Position numbers and translations under genes: made by a program. A DNA stretch of 62,882 nt, filler included, from Neoconidiobolus thromboides FSU 785 (Eukaryota > Fungi > Entomophthoromycota): assembly GCA_025603075.1 (NCBI GenBank). It is 11 parts of 11 records of this genome, joined end to end, with 100 filler letters (N's around TTAATTAATTAA, not from the genome) between each part and the next. Parts side by side here need not be neighbours in the genome. Positions count along the whole stretch, not along the records: positions 10,820 to 12,755 come from MU626897.1; positions 12,856 to 22,791 come from MU626652.1; positions 22,892 to 25,292 come from MU626857.1; 8 more parts are not named here. One strand, 5' to 3'. Of this stretch, positions 12,634-23,527 are shown piece after piece (the stretch's first letter is position 1; the number at the start of each line of letters is the position of its first letter). The notes below the pieces were generated by a model. It saw only the letters and a program-made list of their open reading frames with translations. It ran no database searches and was not told where the DNA came from.

Positions 12634-12755
12634 TTAATTTTTTTTCTTGAACTCTTTTATAGCATCATCCACTGTCTGCATAGCTTCCAATACTTTAGAA
12701 TCTTCATATCTTTTACAACTAACTTGTAATCCAACTGGAAGACCTTTCATTTCAG
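12634..12755 (-). CDS. Amidase-signature family protein, C-terminal fragment of an upstream tandem copy
   Basis: EMKGLPVGLQVSCKRYEDSKVLEAMQTVD...KKKN* matches the amidase C-terminal GLPVGxQ motif. Confidence 0.75.
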
Positions 12756-12855
12756 NNNNNNNNNNNNNNNNNNNNNNNNNNNNNNNNNNNNNNNNNNNNT
12801 TAATTAATTAANNNNNNNNNNNNNNNNNNNNNNNNNNNNNNNNNNNNNNNNNNNN

Positions 12856-12950
12856 GTTTTATCATCTTTTAAATATAAAACACTAAAACCTAATACTGAT
12901 ATAGCTTGTTTGTTATAATGATCTAAATTTATTGAACCTAGTCTTGTTCC
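12856..12950 (+). repeat. 95-bp exact terminal direct repeat of contig 12856-22791 (left copy)
   Basis: Identical to 22697-22791. Confidence 0.97.
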
Positions 12951-13225
12951 TATTTCCATATTTTGTTTAAAATCTAAAAATATTATACAACTTTTATTAT
13001 TTAATTATTTAATGGTTTCATCAAATATGTTTTTTTAAGTATCAGCACAAAATTTATGAAGTTTTTGTAAACCTTTCTCTTTATTGCAAATTTCTATTTC
13101 TGCTTTGTTTTTTATTACTATGTTTACTTTATTTTATTTTCAAATAACCTTTTTCTAACTGTATACTGGTCAATATATTACATGAATTTGTTTCATTTCT
13201 ACATTTTTGAAATTACTTAGTATAT

Positions 13226-13323
13226 GGGGATGTTTTTTTTGAATTCATTACTTTTTTCATCTTTAAGCGCTATTTGGGTGGAAAAGTTGTTAATAAAGCT
13301 CTTAAATACAAAAACACATCCCC
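13226..13323 (+). mobile_element. MITE A copy inserted in transposase pseudogene
   Basis: ATAT/ATAT flanks; removing element plus 4 bp restores IFFKY-ILSNF frame. Confidence 0.92.
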
Positions 13324-13684
13324 ATATATTTAAAAAATATTGATCTAGCTACTGCTTGATCTTTTAAATCATTAAAATATTTACCATATATCATTCTTTT
13401 ACTTTTATTTAATATATCTATCTTATCTGATGAATATTTACTATCATTATTTTTTTTGTTAGATCTCGATGAAATAGTTGAATCATTTAGTAAATACTGT
13501 ATAATAGTTTCAATTTGCTTATTAATTTTCTTTGTATTTTTAATAATAGGTTGCAATGGTAATATTTTATTATCATTATTACTTATTTTTAAATAATTAT
13601 ATTGATCTATATTTATATTAAACCCAAAACTTTTGCATTCATCAAAAGAATATACTGAAGCTATAGTTGATAATAACACTACTT

Positions 13685-13783
13685 GGGAGTGTTTTTTTTG
13701 GCTTCATTACTTTTTCCATCTTTTAAGCGCTATTTGAGTGGAAAAATTATTAGTAAAATTCTTAAATACAAAAATACATCCCC
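13685..13783 (+). mobile_element. MITE A copy with ACTT target duplication
   Basis: ACTT|GGGAGTG...CATCCCC|ACTT direct repeat. Confidence 0.92.
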
Positions 13784-14579
13784 ACTTATTGATTTTTATT
13801 TCCTGTTTCCCTCAAAGCACTAATTTTATACATTGCTTGATTAAGTTTATTATTATCGATAGTAAACTTTGATAATATATCATTTTTTGTTTTACTTTAT
13901 TATGAAATTCCATAAACCCTGGGTTGTTATAAGTAGCTCTTAAAATCGATGTAAATGAATTACAATGTTTATATTGTGTATTTCTTCCTATTGTATTAAA
14001 ATTTTCAGAAATTATATTTCGGAGTTTAGTTATGAAAGTTTGCATTTTATTTTTATTTCAAAGAATAAAGTCAAATAACTGTATTTATATAATTATATAA
14101 TCATATAGTTATATATTATATATCTATTAAATATCTAATAGAAATAACATAAAACATAATTAGAAAAATTAGCTATTTAAGAAAAAGAGGGAACAGTTAA
14201 AATAAGTTTTTTAAGCTAAAGAGATTAATTTTAAGCTTTTTAAATTAAATTGCCACATTAAAGATACAAATTCAAAACTTAAAATTTGGATTAATTTCTA
14301 AGTAAATTCTGAAAGTAATTTGGACAGCCCTAAATATCGAAATTTTATATCAATAACTATCTTTTATTTGAATTTAGCAGTCTTTATGGTTAATATTTGC
14401 CCAAAAAAAGAGAACCTTTGGGAATACCTAACGATTTATAAAGAAACCTATCCTTAGATTTTTCACCTTAATCACTAGGTGTAATTTAAAGAAAATAAAA
14501 TATAGATACAATTATTTATTACGAGTTTATATTTGAGTGACTATGTTTTGCTTTTGAGATATGGATGCTTAACTCTTTA

Positions 14580-15752
14580 TTAAATTGGAACAGAAAATAC
14601 AAAGTAAGGAGCCTTCCTACCCTCGACGCCGTTATTAAAAGCAGGTCTACGGTTCATTTGATTTGCTGTAATGAATAAGGTACTGTTATAGATAGCAAGA
14701 GTATCTGGCCAAAGTAAGTTTGGATGACGAACAACAAGGGAAAGTTCCTTAGTATTAGGATTAAACTTGGTAATAGAATTTTGCTCAAGGTTGGTTAAGT
14801 AAATATTGCCATCTTTATCAGAAATCAAACCAGCAGTTGCTGAACCTTTATCCAAAATTTCAACTTTAACAAGTTTAGATAAAGCACTTTCGCTTAATCT
14901 TCTGTTAATTAAAGCCTTAACAGGTACTGAGTAAAGGGAGCGAGAAGATACAGGGGCATAGTAGAGAGTTTTTTTATCTTTTGAGATTTCAATTCCGTTG
15001 GAGTGGACTTTTGCAGGTTGACCTCCAGGTTTTACAATTTTCCCTTCAATAGTTAAAGCAAAATTATCAAGAGCAGTAGTAGAAGCATGATTATTTAATC
15101 TACGGAATGATTCTCCAGTTCTCAAATTTAAAACTGCAATTCCAGGAACAGAGGCATCAGTAATAAAACCATAGTTTAATTCAGCATCAAAACGAATGTC
15201 CTGGAGCTGGGACGCTGGATATTCTACATTTTTAGGGAAGGTATATGTAGCTAATAAGTAATCATACTTAAGGTCAAATACATAAAATACAGTTCGAGAA
15301 ACAGGACGAGCACCATTAGTTACTCTTCCGGTATCTAAAACCCATAAACGATCTAAAGGATCGACATATATAGCATGGATGTTATTGAAGGAATGGTCAT
15401 ACTTGACATTATTCATTGAAGCATTAGGATAATAATATTCTTTGCCATTTTTGATTTCTACCAAACTACGTCCCTTGTTTTGTTCCCAATGTGGATAACT
15501 AATGAACTTACGTCCTTTACTTGAAACAGCAACTGAGATAGGGAATTGATCATAAACAGCTTTCTCCACTTTAAGATTAGGTCCAGCGGATGAGCTTTCC
15601 AAAGCTGAGTGTTGCTCTTGAGCTTGGGCTAATTCTCGGGTGAAAACATCCTCAAGTACTAAAGAGGGTTCGAAGTTTACTTCAGTTGCCCCTTCAACTA
15701 CTTTCAAGCTGATGCCTAATAAAATGGTATATAAAAGGCTTACAAACTTCAT
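14580..15752 (-). CDS. Secreted yellow / major royal jelly protein family beta-propeller
   Basis: Signal peptide; DRLWVLDTG, GFITDAS, NGIEIS and WPDT motifs; intronless. Confidence 0.85.
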   Translation of the reverse strand: MKFVSLLYTILLGISLKVVEGATEVNFEPSLVLEDVFTRELAQAQEQHSALESSSAGPNLKVEKAVYDQFPISVAVSSKGRKFISYPHWEQNKGRSLVEIKNGKEYYYPNASMNNVKYDHSFNNIHAIYVDPLDRLWVLDTGRVTNGARPVSRTVFYVFDLKYDYLLATYTFPKNVEYPASQLQDIRFDAELNYGFITDASVPGIAVLNLRTGESFRRLNNHASTTALDNFALTIEGKIVKPGGQPAKVHSNGIEISKDKKTLYYAPVSSRSLYSVPVKALINRRLSESALSKLVKVEILDKGSATAGLISDKDGNIYLTNLEQNSITKFNPNTKELSLVVRHPNLLWPDTLAIYNSTLFITANQMNRRPAFNNGVEGRKAPYFVFSVPI

Positions 15753-17324
15753 ATTAGTTAATTAAAAAATAAAAAAAGGTTAATCCAATTTTAATTTTTT
15801 AAATTTCGACTATTTATGTACTTTTGATACCCAAGTTATAATTATGCACTTAAACTGATTCCTTATTAAGAACAAACTTTAATTATCCAAATTTAATTAT
15901 TTTTTGAAGAGGTTTTTTACATTGTTTCTAATTAGAACTGTTAGATTGACAATATTTGAATAAAACTACACATTAAAAGAAGTAGATATAATTAATTGAT
16001 ATATAATATTTGTTTTTATATATAATAAATAACATTAAAAGCTACGACATCAAGTTTTAGACTTATTTATCTCTATATGCTAGTAACAAACTATTTTTAG
16101 TTCCATATTTTAAGTTCAATATTGAACCTTATTTACAATATTTACGGATGATAGCATTTGACTAATCTAAATTAACGCTATTACTTTTATAGCTATTATT
16201 GCTCTTTATATTTGATATTTTGAAATACTATATTTTACTTTTAAAAAACATTCATAATACTTTTTTTAATAGTTATTTCTTATAACGAGAATGATAATTT
16301 AATGTCAAATGTCCATATAGCTGGTTTCTAAAATCAGTGAGTAATTTACTTCTAATCAACCTTACTAAATATACAAATTATATCATAATACTTCTTAAAA
16401 ACAAAAGTTAATTTACAAACAAGAAATGATACTTATATATTAAATATATACTATTTAGATAGCTTTGAAGTAAGACATAATACACATTTACTAATCAATT
16501 TAAGATGTTTTAATAGCCATAACGTTTTGTTATTTTTTTCATAAATAATACTAAATATTTTATAAAGATAATGAGCTAATTTAGAACTAATATATTAAAC
16601 TACAATTTAAATAGAACAAAAAAAATACTTTATCAAAATTCTCCTATAAAATGTCAGATTTTCCTTAAGATATAATATATAGAATTATAATTAGTTCCCA
16701 TCAACCTATTCATTTAATGAAATATGTCCTATAATATTATTTGATTTATCAATTAATTCTATATGATACACCCAAAATTTGAAGATTGAGCGAGTTATAT
16801 AAAATTAACCCTTCCTTATTTATTTAAAGCAAAAAAACAGAGTCTTTATAAAACTAAAAATAAAATTAAAACTATAATAATTTAATATATTAGGTTAATA
16901 AATAGGTTAGTATATAAGTAGCAACTAATATATATGTATACATAGACTCTATTTTATATCAGATGATATCATATTTTAATTTTTTATAGCTGAAGAAGTT
17001 ACAACATCTCAAATTATTGATAACAATTCAAGATTGGTATAGAGACATTTGAATTTTAAGTTTAAATAAACATTCTAGTTTAATAACTTTTTCTTTCGGG
17101 TAAAGGTTGAAAAATAAAACCTCCTTCAAATAAAAACTAATTTGCACATTTAACTCGGTTCTTTTCAATCTATTTAGTAAATGATATGAGTTAAAAATGA
17201 TTGGATTGCTTTTGAGTATTACAATGGTATTTGAATGAATTTTCAAAGAATAAACAATTTTAAAGTATTCCAAATAACTTGAACTTTTATCTTCTCATTA
17301 AACACTATCAACATAGTATTATAT

Positions 17325-17419
17325 GGGGGTATTTTTTGGCTTCATCACTTTCTCTATCTTTTAAGCACTATTTGAGCGAAAAATTCATTAGTAAAATCCT
17401 TACACAAAAATACATCCAC
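17325..17419 (+). mobile_element. MITE A copy
   Basis: ATAT/ATAT flanks. Confidence 0.88.
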
Positions 17420-19076
17420 ATATACTGCAAATCATTGTTTGAATTAAAACATCAAAAATAATTTTACTTTATTTTTTAAAATTTTGAAATTAATATTAAC
17501 TTACGAACTTCCTTTCAATAACAGTAATGTACACAAAAATATTCATTAAATTCAAATGTTTATAATTCAAATATTAAAAGCTGCTTCAATAAACTAAGAA
17601 CATTGGAGTTAAAAGACATAAAAGTAAACTATACATTTTTATAGAATAAATTATAAAAACAAATTTCATGATTTAACTATTTATTTATGTTTTCTAAATC
17701 CCAATATTTATTTATATATATAATTTTGCAATGTCTCTGTTAACCTCAATCTTGTACTCTTTAAAATCTTTATTATAATAGTAAACAAACGAATAAGAAA
17801 ATATTTAAAACTATTATCTCCAGTATATACAAGCTTTTAAAACATACTATTATGTACAACTTATCCACTATTATATATGATGTTGAAATAAGATTTGTTG
17901 ATATAGAAAATATTTCTATACAGAAAAAAAATACAACAACACACATTTTTCATAAATGTTCCAGGAATACTTTTTTGATGTGTGAATTAATGATTTAAAT
18001 AAAATAACAGCTCAAATCCCCAAAATTATGATTGATTTTTGGATTATTTTAAGCGAACTAAAATATTAATTGGCTAAAGAAACTCAAAGAATAAATTATT
18101 AAACAAATAATACATGATAAAAAATAAAACTATAGATTTCATATTACAATATCAATATTATTGTAGTTACAAATTATACAAACTTGTTTAATAGAATCTT
18201 ATTAACATTAGAGCTGTGTTTAAAATATAGTTTTTATAACTAAGTTGTTTTCTCCAAATGCAATTTTACTTAAATTGTATATTTAATTTAGTTTTGCGTT
18301 AAATTAATGCACGCTTTGGCCAATGACATTCTAAAGATTTCACTTTCAAAAATAGCAACTTAAAATTTGAAAAGCTTTATTTAAAAACGAGGAAATGATT
18401 TTAAAAACAACTTTTAAGTTATAAAAAAAATTAGATACTCTAATTTGTCAATGCTTTTGATAAAAGTGCTAAGTTTGTATTTTCCCAAGCCAAAATATAT
18501 TGCTTTCTTTAGTAGATAATCGAAATATATTTTTCTATGATATTAATTGTTCTAATTTTTAAAAATACATTAGTAAAAAAAAACTATTTTTAGCTATTGG
18601 TCAAATGTTCCATTTGTGTTAAAACTGTATTCAATTACTGCTAATAAAAAAATTAATTGTATTTAAAATAAAGTGTAAGCATATTGAAAATAAAGCTATA
18701 GTAGCTATAAACTTATACGTGAACTACAAACTAAAAGTTTATACTCCTATTCAATAGTAATCTAGAACCGTATTGTTTTTGTATGCTTTATATTAAAACT
18801 ACTCCTTAATTTTGTATTTCCTAAAAATATCATCAAGAATAACAACTAATCACACAATTAATTTTATTGTTTACTTTGATATAATAATACATACAAACGT
18901 AGTAAAATCAATCCAAAATAATATTATATTCATTTCACTTTAAATAAAAACAGGTTAAAGTAAAACAATAAGGTTGATCTTCCAATACATTAGATTTCAG
19001 AAGTGAAAACAAGCTAAGTAATACGGAAATAAGTTAATAATTCGCGTTATGTTATTTATTATTAACTATTAGAATA

Positions 19077-20078
19077 TTAGAAACGAAAGAAAAAATGGCG
19101 TATATTCATAAGTATTTCAACCATTGTTAGTTTGATCTGCTCATGTAGAACCAAAACCATTAATGGATTCATTACTCCTAAGAATATTAAAAGTCCTGCG
19201 GTTACGGCATCAGCCTCTATAGATCTTACACTCACCGTTATTAATTCATGTATTTCAAAACCAATAGTTGGAAATAAACATAAATAATAAAAGAATAGCA
19301 TAATCCCTATCTTTATGTATACTTTACGACTCAATTTCTTAACATTAACTTCAGGTATTTCTTCATGGTATCCTATAGTTTTATCGTCAGACAAATTAGA
19401 TAAAGCGATCGGAGAAACTTTTTTGAGTGCTTTTTTATGTACTGTGGCAATTGCGGTATAACAGAATGATACTATAACTAAAGTTGATAGAAAGAAAGTC
19501 AATTGGAATATTTGTGCAGCCATCACTAATGGATCTATGTGAAGCGCATCTACTAGCATACATCTTCCGATAGGCATTTTGAAAAACTTTGATTGAGCTC
19601 CAACTGCAATACAAAATACTAGCATAATAAGCATAGGAACACCACCTAACAAGCTCCAAAATAAAAGTGATTTCCCTTTTCCCTCCTTAGTTGAAATGAC
19701 TGTATCATATCTTGAATAAGCTAAAATAGCAACCATCCAAATAGATGAGAAGATAAAAAAAGAAGTTGTACTTCCACGTATATGACAATCAGCAGGATGA
19801 TTTGCAAATATATTAAGGTAGAATCTTATATTTCCATACAATGTAGCTGCTGCATTCGCTGCGTCTAATATGGTCAGTACTAATACTGCGATACCACTTA
19901 CATTGAACAATAAGCTTCTACGATATAAAATAACTCCAAGGACTGCAAGATTTAATATTAATGATATTATACCTTCACTAAATAAAATATACTTTCTGAC
20001 TACATTTACTACTTCTGGGGCTGGTGGAGCTGCCTGTATTAAATTTACAGTATTATTCATTTTAATGTTAAAAGTCAA
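19077..20078 (-). CDS. 7TM receptor, rhodopsin/class-A-like GPCR
   Basis: Seven hydrophobic segments; AYSRY (DRY-like); MNPLMVLVLHE (NPxxY-like); same family as 3215-4201. Confidence 0.75.
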   Translation of the reverse strand: MTFNIKMNNTVNLIQAAPPAPEVVNVVRKYILFSEGIISLILNLAVLGVILYRRSLLFNVSGIAVLVLTILDAANAAATLYGNIRFYLNIFANHPADCHIRGSTTSFFIFSSIWMVAILAYSRYDTVISTKEGKGKSLLFWSLLGGVPMLIMLVFCIAVGAQSKFFKMPIGRCMLVDALHIDPLVMAAQIFQLTFFLSTLVIVSFCYTAIATVHKKALKKVSPIALSNLSDDKTIGYHEEIPEVNVKKLSRKVYIKIGIMLFFYYLCLFPTIGFEIHELITVSVRSIEADAVTAGLLIFLGVMNPLMVLVLHEQIKLTMVEILMNIRHFFFRF

Positions 20079-21384
20079 GGTTTAGATTGTAGTTCAACTG
20101 TTTATATATCATATTTGGACATATATAAATTTAGACTTCGAGAATAAATAATGCATACCCAATAATAATATTCATGTAGTTCCCATCGTTTTTCAAATTG
20201 TAGATTTAAATCATTTCAAAATAAGATTTGTATTTAACATTGCAGTACACAGACATTCATCTATTTCTTAATGGTAAACGTATTTTTGTTATAAATAGAA
20301 CAAACTTTAAAATTTAATCCAATTATTTTTTTTCATTGCTTTAGAATCTCGAACTTTAATTGCGGATGTTTTTATGTACAAGGTTGTTATTATTTCCTTA
20401 AAATAGTCTGTTACCTTCATTTACTACTTCTACTTTAATTAAAAAGCTGTACTTGATTATTTTTGAAGCTTCACAAGTTAACTTTGAACTATTTTAATAT
20501 TTTTATCATAGGATATATTTGATATATTTCATCAATCAAGTGAACAAGAACGAGATTTTTATGAATTTTAAAATATATTATAGAATAAAAAGTTGAATAT
20601 AAAAATTTACCAAAAGATAAAAAGGCTAAAGTACAATCAAAGCTATAATTTTGTAACATGACATTATTGTTATGCTTTATTTTTATGCTAATTAATTCTA
20701 AATATAGAAGGCTTTTGGAACATGATAATACTGTTCAGTAATAAATGTATTTTCACCGAATATAGTAAAGCCAAATGTAAGATTCTCTTTATAATAAAAT
20801 TTTATCTATTTGAATACAAAGCATAAAATATAGAACATTTATAGCTTTAAAGTTATAACTTATTAACAGACTACTAAAAAAAGGAAAGGTACTTTTTTCT
20901 CAAAATTAGAAGGTTAAGGAGGTTTGATAACTTATCTTATATTAACTTGTCCCTATTTTGCAATTTGTTTAACATAACTTATCAAATACTATTATTTAGA
21001 ATTAAGCAAGTAAATAATATCATCAGTTAAATAAAATAATATTAAAATTTAAAAATTAAAAGAAAATACTAATTTTATTTTATAACAGAGTTGTGCTCAA
21101 AATAGTTTTTGTAAAATGATACAAAAGGTCTAAAATAGCAACTTTTATCAAACATGTTTTATATCCAAATTATATGCTTACAATATAAGTTGCTATAAAA
21201 AGTATATTATTAGAAATAATTTGTTTCCAAATTTTAACAAACTAACAAAATTAAATTCTTTGTTAAAAACCAGAAGTATCCGACAGTTTTAAATTATTTT
21301 ACAATTTATATTATAATTAACAAAATTTCTATTAAATTTAATAGAAATTCCTAGATTAGTAAGACCTTTACTAATATAACATAT

Positions 21385-21482
21385 GGGAGTGTTTTTTTAA
21401 CTTCATTATTTTTTCCATTTTTTAAGCTCTATTTAAGCGGAAAATTTGTTAGTAAAATTCTTAAACACAAAAATACATCCCC
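21385..21482 (+). mobile_element. MITE A copy
   Basis: ATAT/ATAT flanks. Confidence 0.9.
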
Positions 21483-21932
21483 ATATGTTAATATTAACCA
21501 AAGTTGTATTATGTAAATAAATACATACTCTCACAAAACTTCATTGGGAAGTATTTATTATTGACTTATTTATAGCCAACATTATAGATTTGCTATCAAA
21601 TAAATAAGCTATTTTAATATTATAATTGCATTATCAATATATTAGTAAGTTAATAAATATCTGCATGGAAGAGATTGGTTAGCCCCAAAACTATAATTAA
21701 TCACCCCTATGTAATACAGGTAATATAGTAATAGTTTTTACTTGTTATTACAATTGCTTACTCTTTGACCATTTATTCTTAGCTATTAATGATTTAAGTA
21801 ATATTAACATTTAATAATCTATTTCTATCATTTAACAGATTACCCACTTAGTAAATACCAAAAATTTTGAATTCCCTGTTATTTTCGTAAGTCAAGATGG
21901 GATTGATTTTTTAATTTTTCTATTTTCTATTT

Positions 21933-22030
21933 GTGGATGTTTTTTTGGCTTCATCGCTTTTTCCATCTTTTAGACACCATTTGAGTAGAAAAATTCTTAG
22001 AAAAATTCTTAAATACAAAAATACATCCTC
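21933..22030 (+). mobile_element. MITE A copy with ATTT target duplication
   Basis: ATTT|GTGGATG...CATCCTC|ATTT. Confidence 0.9.
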
Positions 22031-22539
22031 ATTTTTTATTTTCTATAGACTCTATAAGTTTAATTGGAATTACATCACTTTCTTTTATCTATTATATATT
22101 GGATAATGATATAATTTATTGTTATGTTTAATATGTAAATACTTCTTAGTCTCTTGTATCTCTATTATTTTTTTTGCATTTTTGTTTCTTTCATGCTTTT
22201 TAAAAAATTATATCTGTTTTCCCATTATTGACAGTTGGGTTGTTGATTTTATTATGTTCGCAAATAAAAGTCCCAAATTCTGAAATTAATTGATTGATAT
22301 ACTCTATTTTACCTAATGCTTCAAAACTACTTTTCTATTTTTAAATGTTTCCATGATGCTCAGCAAAAAAATTAAGATCAGTATTTAAGCTACTATTTAT
22401 TTTATGAATTTCAAATATATAATATAGGAATTCTTGGGATCTAGAATGATTTCCTGTATCTGCCCATATATTAGTTTTTGTAAACTTTTTAAATAAAAAC
22501 TCTGTAGAGATTAAATCAATTAAACAATCTCCTGCATAT

Positions 22540-22638
22540 GAGGATGTATTTTTTCATTTAAAAATTTTATCAACAATCTTTCCACCCAAATAACGCTTAA
22601 AAAATAGAGAAAGTAATGAAACCAAAAAAAACATTTCC
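22540..22638 (-). mobile_element. MITE A copy inserted in transposase pseudogene
   Basis: ATAT/ATAT flanks; removal restores HDSTY-AGDCL frame. Confidence 0.92.
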
Positions 22639-22696
22639 ATATGTTGAATCATGATTTAATGTTTCAGATGAATAATCAAATTAAACTTTGCCTATT

Positions 22697-22791
22697 GTTT
22701 TATCATCTTTTAAATATAAAACACTAAAACCTAATACTGATATAGCTTGTTTGTTATAATGATCTAAATTTATTGAACCTAGTCTTGTTCC
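22697..22791 (+). repeat. 95-bp exact terminal direct repeat (right copy)
   Basis: Identical to 12856-12950. Confidence 0.97.
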
Positions 22792-23429
22792 NNNNNNNNN
22801 NNNNNNNNNNNNNNNNNNNNNNNNNNNNNNNNNNNTTAATTAATTAANNNNNNNNNNNNNNNNNNNNNNNNNNNNNNNNNNNNNNNNNNNNTACAGTGTT
22901 GCACGCCATGTGTTTATTTTCAACAAGCTTATCAAATTACCATTTTGTTAACTCTATAAAAGCAAACTACCAAAACATTTGATTTTTAGTTTATAGATAC
23001 TGTTTCTTTTTTCGATTATTATACTAAGTTGCTGTTTACGTTGGACCAAAAATAATATTTAACATGTCCTCATTTAACTTTGATTGAAAAAACTTGTAAA
23101 TTTTTCTAATATTTTTTCAGACTACTTATCTATACTGAAGGTGTGGTATATTTAAAACTAAGAAAGTTCAATGGAAGGTAAGGGATGGAAAGTAGGAAGT
23201 GAGGACTCTAGACCAATTTAAGAGAAGATATGATAATATTCGCTACATTAGCTTAATTGATTGCTTAGAAGGCTTGTTTACTAGATAGATTTTTACGATG
23301 TTGAATGAATTGGCATTCCTTAAAAGGAGTTCATTCCATTCTAGCATCATTAGAGCTATAGCTGGGGGATCAGAGGTGGTCTTTTAGCAAAGCCTATTGA
23401 AAGTATAACGCTTTATCCAAATAATACAT

Positions 23430-23527
23430 GAGGATATTTTCTTTGATTTCATTACTTTTCTATTTTTTAAGCGTTATTCAAGTGAAAAGATTATCAGTAA
23501 AATTCTTAAACAAAAAAATACATCTCC
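23430..23527 (+). mobile_element. MITE A copy with ACAT target duplication
   Basis: ACAT|GAGGATA...CATCTCC|ACAT. Confidence 0.88.

Larger units (their letters stand above)
12856..14331 (-). mobile_element. Decayed Sola-like DNA transposon, 5' part (terminus plus transposase pseudogene)
   Basis: Terminus near 14331 (GGACAGCCCT); frame from ATG 14045 continues after MITE removal; CIIFLDFKQN...HYNKQAISVLGF motif at ~12870-12995; several in-frame stops. Confidence 0.65.
21546..22791 (-). mobile_element. Decayed Sola-like DNA transposon, 3' part
   Basis: FDYSSETLNHDS, IWADTGNHSRSQEFLYY and NFFAEHHG motifs; terminus GGGAAGTATTT at 21546, with homologous end at 62648. Confidence 0.65.
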
